A DNA stretch of 64,000 nucleotides from Sphagnum compactum. Lineage: Eukaryota. This document shows positions 13,555-26,300 of the stretch, one piece after another. The notes below the pieces were generated by a model. That model saw nothing but the letters and a program-made list of their open reading frames with translations, was not told where the DNA came from and did not search any database. The stretch spans positions 6,572,001 through 6,636,000 of the forward strand of contig OZ234494.1 of assembly GCA_965153455.1 (NCBI GenBank). Reading direction: 5' to 3'. Position 1 is the first letter of the stretch, and every line of letters begins with the position of its first letter. The position numbers were made by a program, and so were the translations under genes.

Positions 13555-15687
13555 TTGTTATAGTGGGAAGAGCATGTCACCAAAGCCCCTAAACAATTAC
13601 CACGGGAGAAATTTTAAAAATAGATTTATAAATCAAATATGGACACAAAACTAGCAATCATTGCCTCACAAAAATTTACTTAAACCTTAAAACCTACATT
13701 GACATGATATTTAGCGATTCTCAATTAGGTTTTATAAAAAAATGACCCTTTTGCATAATGGGTGGGGATAAGGTGGTTCACAAGCAAAATATTCCAAATT
13801 TTGACCCTTATGCATATTAGGCAAGTATAACCAAAATAAGTACATGAAAAAAATGATAATCACAAGTATTGTTTAAATATAGAAATTGACACCAAGCAAA
13901 TTCATTAATTTTTCAAATTTTTGATTATTTGATACCCCATTTGACATAGATATATTATTATTATTATTATTACTATTTATTTATTTTTCACAAGGACCTT
14001 GCGAAATCAAGTATTTAGAAAATAATAACTTTCACACCTTTGTCAAGATTGATGTTGGTGGTTAATTCTTTTTTTTTGCTAAAGGAATTGTATGTCACGA
14101 ATGGATGAGAATGCACAAAGTAACGTATACCATTAAGAACACAAGACAAAAATGTGTTCTGAATGAGGTTACGGATTCACTTTCAAAGAATCCAAACTTG
14201 GGACAACTTTGATGCAAAAGCCTAGAAAAATTTATAAAACAAAAATTATGCAAGGGAATTAGTTTCTTTTACAAGGGTTTAGTCAATTATAGCAATTCAA
14301 TGATTATCGTGAAGTTGATATCTAACATTGAATCCATATTCATGATCAATAATTGTAATGTGATGGTTGAGGGATTCTCATTAACAAAGTAAAATGCATT
14401 TATGCCTTTTAAATATATAAGTGTATTGAAGAAGACTTTAAAAGTGAAATTGGTGTCCACAAGGTTTCCATCAATGTTGTGTGAGTATATATCTCTTACT
14501 TGAATATACCCATGGGGTATAGATAGGATCTATTATTTATCTTAACATATTTTCTTTAAATCAAAATATAGTTTAAAGAAGCATATACTCAAGGGTATGT
14601 AAATTTGAAAAAATAAAAATCCTATTCAAAATGGTGGACATATATATAAATATACCCAAGGATACTTGCACAACCCTAGTTTCATTTAATCTCATGAAAT
14701 ATGAGAAAGATAAAAAGAGGATTGTAGACATGCAATTTGCCTTGCAACACAAGTTCGTACCCATTAACAACCAAATTCACTTTGACTCATCATCATCAAG
14801 CTCAAACTTGCTAGAGTACAATGCACCTTATGAGAGATGGATGTGACTCACACCGTCCCCCTCGCACATTATGAAAAATAAATATAACATCCATGCCAAA
14901 TGGTTGGATGTGCAACTCACATCAAGTATATAGAAAACACACTTGCCAAAGGGGGGGGACATACAATGATAAGTGTCCATTGAATGCAACACCCGTGTCA
15001 TTAAATAAATAAAAATAATCTCTCATATTATTATATTGTCCAATTTCTGGCTAATGTTTCATGTTTATGGGTTGGGTATGGGGGAATTATTAACGGCATA
15101 AATTGCATGTAATAAACTCTCGTAGAAGTGTGTAAATAGTGGGGTATGGGTGGAGATCTTAGTATAAAATGGAGACAATAAAATGAGAGATTATTTAAAT
15201 GCCACCACCTGGGCCAATCATTATGGTCGACCAATCAAAAAAAATTATTGGTCCCCTTGGAAGGCATATCATAATACCTTTACCATTCCGACATCTTCCT
15301 ATCGGATTTAAAAAATAAAATAAAAAATTCTGGCTATAGCAATAAGAATTTCCTGAAATTCTGGCAGTTTCAAAGACTTTTGGCCATGTAGAACGGGAAT
15401 AAACAAAATGGCCATGTAAACTAGGTAGCAATAGAATTTTGAGAACTTCCACCATTGTGGGTATAGCTAATTTTGGAAAAAATAATAATTCAACATTTAC
15501 TGAAAATAATTTAATTATTATTGGAATGGTAAAGGTATTACGATATATCCTTATTGTGTTTAGATGTCTGAAGTGGAGATTTGCATTATTTTATTTTACT
15601 GCTATATTGCATCCAAAATATAACATACATGCCATTTCATTGTTGTGGGTGAAGTTGTTGTTACAGTTGTGTTCCTTTTACAGTAAT

Positions 15688-16041
15688 AGTTTCCGCATAA
15701 TAGGGCATCAAATGCATAACCAGGAATGAAAATTTTACAAAACATAATAACTAGGACCCAGACTAGTTTTTTTAGCAATAGTAAACTGAGTTTCATCCTG
15801 TCTTTCCTTTTTCCTGAGCGCCTCCACTGCTACTACATATGTTTTCTCTGCTCCTACTTGTACAATAATAGAAATTACTCTCGAACTTTGGGCAATCAAA
15901 TGCTCAGTTTCAGCAACGACAGCATTTCATACTGAGATTTAATAAAATTTCCTTACTTTGCCGAGACCACTGAAAGATGGAGTAGGGGCTGAAAGCAGGC
16001 CCAAAGAGAAGGGGGTGAGATGGTGACTTTACAGATAACTC
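15688..16041 (+). mobile_element. MITE family A, copy 1 (left end not identified)
   Basis: Core GAGTTTCATCCTGTCTTTC...GCGCCTCCACTG...CATTTCATACTGAGATTT shared with 33197-33616 and 36405-36775. Right end ACTTTACAGATAACTC|TAA. Confidence 0.7.
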
Positions 16042-19000
16042 TAATACATGTCATCAATAGGTAGGTATTGGAAGAAAGAATCTTGTGAGAATTGCATTGC
16101 AGATGCCATCTTACATTATGTGACATAATCTTCCAGTGATGATCATACATTCAAAATATTGACCAAATCTCTGTGTGGAACATGAATTTCCTTTTAAATT
16201 ATTAAAATTCGCCACCCCCAGACTTTAATGCCATGGAATGGAATGGTCTCACCCTTGCCAATTATGTTGGGTGGTGCGTCACCTAGCTTGCCCTAATGGG
16301 CTCACCGTGCACATTACCCAACAATACAAATTATTTTTGTTTTCTCAGAGAAATGGAATTCTTATTAAAGTTTATGAAGAATACGGAACATTAAAGTTTG
16401 ATTCTTTCACTTTGTAAAAAGTTCATTGGTGTAGTGAATTGAGATGTATGTTGTAGAAAGATTGAAGTTTCCCATCCCAACTATGGTTAATGGAAGATGG
16501 GTTGTTTCTTAGTCATGAGATGGATGTGGGCACTAGTGCACAAAAATAAAAATAAAATTCAAGGACGTTGATAGCAAAGTAATTTGATTTTAGTGCAAAA
16601 TATTCAATTTTTTTATAAAAAAAATTCTTGAACTAAGTATTTCATAACAATGTAAAAGTTATTTCTCCCCCATAGATTGAAAGCCCCCATAGCCTCCCAC
16701 AACACATGATGATGATACATAACACCCTCGAAGAAAATTGCTAATTCAATTTGGAGGGTACCTTATATCCATGAATACCGCTCTTAAAAATGAGAGGTGA
16801 TATTACACCTACTCCATAAAAGTAAGAGGAAAATCATGCCTACTTATAGGTCTAAGATCCCTCCCACTCTCAAGAAAGGAGTAGGTGTAAGAGAAGCTAC
16901 CTCATCCTACTCCTTGGGATCCACATATGTTTAGGTTCATGATAATTTGCCTTGTGCTTTATGATGCATTTTCAACATGTAAGGCTATTATTTCCTTTTG
17001 GAGGTGATTTTTTTTTCAGTTATTATAATGGGAGCAAAATGCATGCCCAAACCTACTTAGGTTTAACCCCCCAAACCCTTACAACCCTTACAATTACATT
17101 CGAAATTTCACTTGGAATAGAATGACACCTTCCCACCACAAAATGAATTGAAAGGTGATAAATTGTTCCCAAGTAATTGGGGAACTACTTCTGTTTGTAA
17201 GGGTCATTTGTGCAAAATGGGAAATAAAATATAAAATCTCCATAAGATGGATTTTTTCTAACAATTTTTTTTGGCATTTACATGAAAATATTAGGCACTA
17301 TGTAGCACTAAGGTGATGATTTGGTGACTCTTAACTTGTAATAGTGTAAATTGATGTCAATGATAGAATGCCATAATGGTTAAAGCAAGTTTTATTTGAT
17401 ACCTTTCATGTTTCTTTTTATCACAACCTATTCTCCCAATAAAATTGTTTGAATATACCGTTTTTTATTTATTGAAGTCAACCAATATCCATTGAACCAT
17501 AAAACAAATTAACCCAAATTGGATAATATTCATCTAGAATTTGGCTTTCATCTAGCGTACTAACATATTTTGATGAGATGTTTTTAAATGCGCAATTTGG
17601 TTAAACATATTTTGAAACTATAAAAATGACAAAATATGTATTTTTTGGTTTGAAAATGTACATTATATATATATTTTTTATTTTTATTTATTTTATTTTA
17701 TTTTCTAAAATGAAAGTTGGCATGGAATTGCAATATTTTTTCCCATCTCCTTTTCATTCATGGCCCCATGATTCTTTCCCTTTTAAAAGACTAATACAAA
17801 CATATTTGGAATTCAATATGAGTTGGATGTTGAAACCTCAAACTACTTGGAATTTTGATGATTGTTTAAATAATTTAGTGACAACTATGCATTAAAAATT
17901 ATTGGGACCCTCTATATCCTTAAAGTTGATAGGAACGTGTGACTTAACTCAAGTGGATGCACAAAGGATGGAAGATTAAGCAACCACAATTCAAAACAAT
18001 TATAGTATGGGTAGGCATCGAAGATAATAGCATTGATGATTGAACAAATGTTTAAGTGTATCTTCGAAAAACAAATCACTACTAATATGGTTTTTGGAAT
18101 ATTTAATTTTGTATCATCCAATTTATTTAATGGTTGAAATTTTTGTCTAATATGTTTTTAGATATCTTGATGTTTGGTGATTATTGAGTAGTAATTTGAA
18201 ATTTTATACCTTTTTCTTTTGTTAGGTGTTTGAACTCATTCCCCGATATAGTTACCAAAGGTCTTACATACATGCAATTAAATTAATAACCTATCATCAT
18301 TTGTAGCAAATACACATGTTACAAATAGTCATATTATCCTAACTTCAATTTACCAACCATACCAACTTGGAAGGAAGGATTTTACCTTCATTTTGTCCAA
18401 ACCAATGTTGGTTTGATATCATGAAAAAGTTAGTTATCAAAATTGTAATAGTTAGTGATTAGGGTTCACAACTTCTTGGCCTCTTCTTTACAAGGTTGTT
18501 GAGGGTTAATGAGTGCCTCCTTGAGCACCGGATGCATATTTCCTCTCTATGCACTCTAGATTGGACCATTTTTGTTTTTGTTGCTTGTAATGTTTCATGT
18601 TTTATTACAAGTTATTTGTAATTCTTGTTTATAATTTCATTGTATTTGGGAAGAAAACATGCACAAGTCGAGGTTGTTTGTCAATTGTCTCGTTGTAGCA
18701 TTAGTGGTGAACATTCTTGGAAGAAAGAAGATATATAGAACACTGAATGACAACATGTCGATGGGAAGTGTCCATAGGCTTCTTTTTATTTTTTGGCAAC
18801 GTATTTAGAACTTCAATCTAAATTGATGAATTTTCCTAACAAATGCTCCAACACATTCCCTACTTTTTCTTGGGGATTGTTGTGGCATGAAAATTCAACA
18901 AAAAACCAAAATATTTGCACAAGTACATTGCAAATTCAAAATACCCAAGTACCAAGCTCCGGAGTTCATCTTTGGTTAGTCTAAACATCAACATACCATT

Positions 19001-20680
19001 GTTGATATCTAGCTTGCAAATTCATATAGATAACAATTGGTACCGTACCAAATTGGTACAAAAAAAATCTATGAATTTCAATATTTGAAAACCCTACCTA
19101 ACATCACAATTTTTTTTTTTTTAAAAACCAAGAGCTCCTTCTAGTATTTGGAAAACACCATACTGGACACAATTTTAAAATAATATCTTTAAAATTTTAA
19201 TATTCATCCAATTTTCAAAACCCCCCCAAAAAAGGGGCTTCTAGTTTTCAATTAGTCTTGTTTTCATTCATGAGAAAACATTTCGGTATCATGTTAGTTT
19301 TCAAGGTTTAAGGATTTTGAACTAAAGTCCTCCTAAAAGAAGATAATAGTCTTAATTACTAAACCCCAAGGTATCATGAATGTGAGAAACTTATGGAACA
19401 TTTAATTTAAAGTTTACACACACTGTTGATTTTAACTTTAAAACCATCAACACATACAAGTTATTCACACATGAAAGCCTAAAAACTTGGGTGGTTCTCA
19501 AGCCATTTTTTATACTTGCCCAACACTAAGTCCAAATATGTATACTTGTGCCCAATTCTTGTCCAATGTTAGAAAATTTGAAACAACACAACCAACACCA
19601 AATTAAGGTAAAAGCACCCAAAAAAAAAAGTTATGAATGGACCTTGAACAATGCCCTATAATGGCCTCCCATAACCATTCAAATATGGTTTAAAATGCAT
19701 GATCAATAAATAGCTCTTAATTTAAAGTTATTTTCAAAGTGGTTTAAGATTACAATGCAACCCATTTCAAATACTTTCAAATTTAGCCCATTCCATGGCT
19801 TATTTTGGGCATCACCCAAAATAAGGTTTTAGGATCCTTTGTTTGATCATATTAAAAGTCCTATTATGAAAATTTGAGATGCTACATCCACCACTCACCA
19901 TTCATAGGGGAACAACCTATTCACAATACAAGGTGCCCTATTGGCACAATTCTTTACAAATTCATGTATAGTTGAAAAAAAAGAAAATCAGCTTCAACTT
20001 GAGTTGAGTTTTAAAGCCTCTTTGTCTTCCTTCTAGAGGAAAATGAGTGTAAAAATAAAATATTTATTGAGTAAATCTGAGCTATATGTAAACTAGACAA
20101 ATAAATCAGATTTACTCAATATGCTTATTTATGACACTTTTAGGGTTAGGTTTATGAGGAGGTGAGGGATGCAAGAAACAAGGCAATGCTGAAACCCAAC
20201 TAGAAATTTCTAGTCAACTTGTGTGGAAGGAAATTTGGCAGGTTTCTAAAGAGCAACACTGGCAGCTAACTTCCCTTGTGCAGTCAGGCCCACTCAAGTT
20301 AAGTATGGATTGAAAAAAGTCTGTAAGTTTCTCAGACACAAGTCTTATGACAATTTTTTTTTAATAATGATCTTGTCTTTTAAAAATTAAATTAATGGCT
20401 ATTTATAAATTAAGAAATTGGATTCCAATTAATTAATAGCCATTAACATTAATAAATTCCAATTAATGGCTAAATGAATACCCATCATTACTATTTGCTC
20501 TCTTTCCTCTCTCTCTCTCTCTCCTTAGTTTAGTCTGAATAATTGCTGATTCTATAACCCTAACAGCTGTTAATGCCAGGGAGTTAGTGTGGGCAGGGTT
20601 AGCAGGGTGTTAGTAGGTAGGTAGTAAAGACAGCCCAAACTAGGCCTTGGGTTAGTTCCTGGCACCTATACTGGTAGACT

Positions 20681-20782
20681 AACCATGGTAAAAATCCTTC
20701 TTTTTCTTTCAAAGGGTTGTTTCTAACCATGGTAAAAATCCTTCTTTTTCTTTTAAAGGGTTGTTTCTAACCATGGTAAAAT
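20681..20782. repeat. 44-bp tandem repeat, ~2.3 copies
   Basis: AACCATGGTAAAA at 20681, 20725 and 20769, with a nearly identical intervening sequence. Confidence 0.85.
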
Positions 20783-21439
20783 ATCTCCATTCACTTAACA
20801 TTAAGCTAACCACAAATTTAGGTTACTATTGGTTGCCAACTAGGATGCCACCTAGATTTCCCATCTAACACTGACCTAACATCAAGTGTGAATGCACTTG
20901 TTTCTTACACAATGGGTCACCAAGGTGGAACCAGATATTAACTCAATTGAGGGTTTGTCCACAACAACTGAGTCATAATGGGTGATGGGTGCCATTCACT
21001 CTGGCCCATACATAACATGCTCTGCAAAATAATCCACTTCAAGAAAGGAAAACATACCCTAAAAATACCTTTACCATTTCAACAACATATTGTCGAGTAA
21101 TTATTTAAATTTGAAATCTTAACTTTTTGGCTCCAATTTTAAATCACCGTTGGAAGGTTTGCAACTCAAATCTTGACAATTGAACTTTTAAATTTAATTA
21201 AAATTTCAACAAAAATAACGAATAATTTTTCAAAGTTCGACAAAATGAAAAATACCATCTCTAAGTATTGACAATTTAAGAATTTTTACATTAGGCAAAC
21301 ACACTCAAATTAAAAGCCTGATTTCATGTTATTTTGAAGTTGATCATGTGTAACTTCATCAATGGCTTTTGCACAGAACCCAATTTGAGCAAGAAATGAG
21401 AAAAGATATGACAGTTTTGCTCAGATGGGTCCCAAAGAA

Positions 21440-21462
21440 CCCTAAACCCTAAACCCTAAACC
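21440..21462. repeat. Short interstitial plant telomere-type repeat (CCCTAAA)3
   Basis: CCCTAAACCCTAAACCCTAAACC. Similar short runs at ~35568-35590 and 52948-52966. Confidence 0.7.
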
Positions 21463-23589
21463 TGTCCAGACACTCAGGCACTATACCCAAGATGGGTCAG
21501 AAAATCTCACACTAGAGTTGAAAGCATGGCATTGTTATACATACTTACACAGTGCTCCTCACACCCCACATATTCTTATTCACACATGTATGAACTATGA
21601 ACTTGTTCTTCTTTTGGGGACTTGCTCGCCAACCCCATTTGGCTTGAAAAAATTCTATCACTCATTGATCAATCTTCAAGGTGGCAATGGCTTCAAGCTA
21701 TGTCAAGGAAGAGAGACTCTGAACATTGAAGGTGAATGTGGCAAAATGTTGATCAAGCTCTACATCATCCAAAGGAGTCACTATATATCTTAAACCCTAA
21801 TTTTACTCATATATTGAGTGGAGTGTGAAAACCTCTTATAATTTTTTTTGTAGTGTAACTCGGAGGGTATGCTATTTGATTTTTCAGAAAGGAATTACCC
21901 TTTGAGGAGAAAGTGTATATGGGGTTCCTCTAAAGAAGCAGCATCATGGTAAAGGGTCTACACAAAAAAATTGCTGAAATTTAAACTAAGGGGGAGGTAA
22001 AGGATTGGGTGTTGATTTTAACATGAAGATAAGGGTAACATGCTTCTACCCAAAGGTAGTTCATGAATGATAAGGTATGATGTCATTGCTAATGCTTGAA
22101 ATTAAACATTTGAAATGCAAAACAATTATGTTTTGTTATGACCTTTTTTCTTTATCAAACTTAGATTTCATTTATATACTTATGTGATATTCTTACATAA
22201 TTCTGTAACACATTCAACATATTTCAGCCTTTAAATGCATGGAAAAACTATGCCAAATTATCCAAATATTTGCATTTTTACATCCATTTCAACATCAACC
22301 ATCCCTTCCATTGATTCATACCTTCTTTGACAATGGACGTATTAAGAATAACAACAAACAAATGACAAACAAGGGAAACAAATCAACAAATGAAAAAAAA
22401 AACATGGAAGCTTGCAATGAAAGCCTTTTTCTAGAAACCTTTTAAAAAATTATTCATAAATAAGATAGGGTTATTTTCCCCTAAAAGGGGTGGTGTATTT
22501 GGCTATTGCAAGTTGCATTGTGTGTGTGAATAGTGGTTATTTCAATTTTGACAAAGTCCAAATTTAAGCTTTAGGCTACTATAAAAAAACATTATGAAAC
22601 CTTTTGACAACTGTTGGAAAATTGGAGTTGCAAAATTTGGTGGAAAAACTCCTAGCCAATGGCATAACTTGCTTTAATTACAAAATTACAAGTAAGTAAT
22701 AAGCATTAAAAATGTAAGCAATTTCCACTAGTCCATAAAATTCAAGATCAACATTGGAACTAGATGAGCAATGCATAAAACAAAATTGGCAAATCATGTG
22801 AAGGAGTTGAACCCTTGTCCTAAAGGACACTACACCTAATGGCAACACATGACCTTGACTTGTAAGCCACACATTAGTTTTAATGATACAAAGAACATCA
22901 AACAAATTATGGGAGAGAAGAAAAAATTTACTTAAAGTTTAAATTAGTCAACATCATGGGAACTAGGGGTTTATGGCAAAATTCAACTTGCAAACCCCCC
23001 ACACAATCATCATAAGTTCTTAAAAGCCCAAACTTGAGACTAGGTTGTAAGAATCAAGAGAACGAAAATAAAGCTAAAACTAAATTAAGGAGCAGTTTTA
23101 ACAACACCAGTCCCATGCATGTTCAGAAAACTTCAATAGGAACATGTATGGTATTGACCAACTTGCAACAAAGAGTGCAAGCATGTAGGAGCAATATTTC
23201 AGATCCCAAGTTTTGACTGTATCCTCCGAGAAGACACTTCTCATCTAAAATATACCACAGTTGAGGAACTAAGTTGTAAAACATTGGTAAATCCTTAATA
23301 GGTGACAAAACTCATACACAAGCAAATGAAAAATGTAAAAGACTATATTAGGTGTTATAATCTATTGAACCTTGATGTAACAACAAAGCACATTCATGTT
23401 AAAATTGAACAAAATGTGTCTAACATTTACAGTACAAAAATCAAGGTCTATGGGGTTTGGCATGGAAAGTTCTTATGGATTGCACCATGAAACAACCATA
23501 ATGGTTCAAAAACCTAGAACTTGCCATGGTCAAAACAATAATGAGCCACTACAACAAGAAAACATCAAACTAAAAAACCTCTCTTTGAT

Positions 23590-26300
23590 TTCTCATTAAT
23601 TCAAATTGTGATGGCATCATCATAAGGAAAAACATCCATGGTATAAAAAGGTTGTGCAAACATATGAACCACCAAATCCAAATGCTCACAAAGTTAATTT
23701 TGCAATCTTGTCTTCATGAATGTTAAGGTTGAGAAAGTTCTCTCATCTCCCCAAATCCCATAATTTGAACCATAGCCAGCTTTGCAACTTTCATGAATCA
23801 TGAACTTAAGGAGTCAAACAGATAATAGTGCATTCAAGGAAATATTTCTAAATTTTAACATTGGATTGAAATCCATGGTTGTTGCCTGGTTGATAGCCCA
23901 TTGAGCATTATAGATCATTGTCACTGTGGAAAAAAAAATTACATATTCAAAATATTCATATCAAGTACAATGTTGAAATCCATGTTTGAGTGGATCCAAG
24001 CTTTTTGGGTTGACAATAAAATCTTTTCAAAATAGCTATATGAATATGGAAGGTCACCTAACACAAAGATTTTAACTAGTAATGTGGGTAGACCATGTTT
24101 AAACATTCATCACATATTAGGCAAAAAATCATTTCTCAAGCTCATCATTGATTTTGGTTGTTGTTTCAAAACATTATTTTTGAAGATGATTAATGATTTG
24201 CTAAAAGATAACATGAATCATAACCACATAAAGTGATGTACGAAGACAATGACAATGCATCATAATGAAAATGCTAGCAATTGGAAAACTCAAATTCTCC
24301 AACGCAATATTTAGGTTGGATGCCCATTCATGCACCACCACATTTGAGTACTTATCGAACATGTCATTCATGTAAGAAATCTAAAAATCATTGTACCAAC
24401 CTAAAGTAAAGATTAGCCATGCATAATCATATATATTATTTCACTAAGTCTGTCTGTGCGTCTGTCGAGGTGCCAATTTGAGGGGCCAATTTCGAAGTAC
24501 CAATTCGAGGAGACAAAAACCCAAATCCCGTCTGTCCATCTGTTAATGTCCTGAAACCCAGATCCCGTTTGTCTGTCTGTTGAGGTCTTGAAACCCAGAT
24601 CTCGTCTGTTCGTCTGTCAAGGTCTTCAAACACAGATCCCAAATTGTAAAAGTAAAATAAGTGCCCAAAAACCTGCCTAGCTCCTCTTTTCCGGGTTTTC
24701 ATGAAACCCGGCAGTTCTGTGAGGTTTTTTTGAAATAACCAGAACCGGCAGCGGTTTTTTGATTCTGATTTTTTTTCAAATACCCGGAACTTGTGATTCT
24801 TTGACTTCGAGTTTTAATTCTTTTAATTCCCATTTTACAAATACCCAGACGTGGAGGTTATTCAACATATCAAATACCCGCCCAACACTGCTTATATAGT
24901 ACATAGACATAACAACAACAAGAGTTATTAATTGGTTGAAACAATTAACGGGTACCCACTAGTTAACATTAACAACAAAATCACACACAAGACATTAGGA
25001 CTATTAAAAATTTGATAAGGTCATTTAACCCTTCAAGCATGGGCATGATACAAAACACGACCCACATTACCTCCAAGTTGCAAAGAATTTCCAAGTTTTG
25101 AACAACTTGTGCAACAATGTTAACATTTTCAAAATTAAAATGCAATACTTAAACAACATTCTTCTAGTTGGGAACACCATTGAAATCCCATGGGTTCTGA
25201 TTTTCCCCAAATTATGTTGACCCCATGTTTCCCCAATGTTGGCCAATTCAACAAACTCATGAAATCTTTTTAGACTATGAGAAAAGTACACGTACAAACT
25301 TTGCAACACATCTTCAATTTTTCACACAATGCTTAACTGATAAAAAGTTTGGACTACCATATTTGTGCAATGGTTCATACAATGTACACTAATCATGAAT
25401 GGTGCATCGTGTTCTTTCAATTGGACTATCACACTTGTTCTAATACTTTGAAACACATTCACCCCATCAACTACAAATGTTAAAAGTTTAAATGAAATTG
25501 TGGTTTGAGTCAAATCACCAAAAAGCACCATGACACACCAAAATGTGCTTAAATTTTTTGAGAATGGTCCCATCAACCACTTGCTACAAAGGATAACAAC
25601 AAAGGTGTTCATTGTAAGGTGTTCACATAAATATCTATGATGGAAACCCAAGATTGTTAATCACAAGTTGCGATTTCATCACAAAAGAGGAAAATGAATC
25701 AAACACTTTCAAGCAAAGTTTTGGTTTTGTTGACAATTAATTCAAGCATGCAAGTTGTCATCTTTCAACCAATTGTGTTTGACTAATATGTTTTTGAAAA
25801 GTTTTGTCGCATCAAGGAAATGTAATAGCTTTCTCATACTTTGGTTGTTGGTCATAAATATGCCTTCAAACAACATGTGAAAATGAACATAAAATTATAC
25901 CAATTTCTTCTTCCTTTCTCCAACAGTAGCATGGTAGATTTGATTAACAATTGTATTCCTTCTTGGGTGTTGCATATAGACATTCATTTTTGACATGGAT
26001 AAATTCTTTGTTTATGTACTATTCACCAACTTTACAAATACCTAGAATTGCATAATAAGGCCTTTTTCCTACCACCATGTTTCCAAAGGTTGTCAAATTT
26101 AAGGGCCATAAACTTTTCCTTGCCCTTTATTTCCATACAAACCTTGGATCTTACTTGATGTACCTTCTCACATAGATCCATCACTAATTCAACCCATGGA
26201 AAATTTGCATTCTATACATTTTTAAATACTTTATTTTGTTTATACTCCTTCCTTTTCCTCTTATTCTTTTCAATTAAAATCCAAAAAAATTCCTTAGGAA
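23590..26300 (-). mobile_element. Degenerate hAT (ZNF862-like) transposase remnant, interrupted by an insertion at 24427-24962
   Basis: Minus-strand fragments with stops and frameshifts: FVVDGVNVFQ...PFMISVHCMNHCTNM (25322-25651; DG and HCxxH motifs), LQSLYVYFSHSLKRF (25067-25309), CIMPMLEGLNDLIKF...VCDFV, and a hAT dimerisation-like AMVQIMG/DERTFSTLTFMKTRLQN*LCEHLDLVVHMF..FPYDDAI (23790-23600). Confidence 0.8.
24427..24962 (+). mobile_element. Non-autonomous Helitron-like insertion inside the hAT remnant
   Basis: Starts A|TCATATATATTATTTCACTAAGTCTGTCTG and ends CTAG|T at 24959-24963. Hairpin TTAATTG-N7-CAATTAA (24928-24948) lies ~10 nt before CTAG. Internal ~35-bp repeats at 24516-24640. 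No TSD. Flanks rejoin hAT coding sequence. Confidence 0.7.

Noticed and set aside
11760-14850. Coding-like stretches and short ORFs (also 21600-23560, 28300-28800, 44500-45200)
   Set aside because: Probably old TE or pseudogene debris, but I could not recognise any motif.
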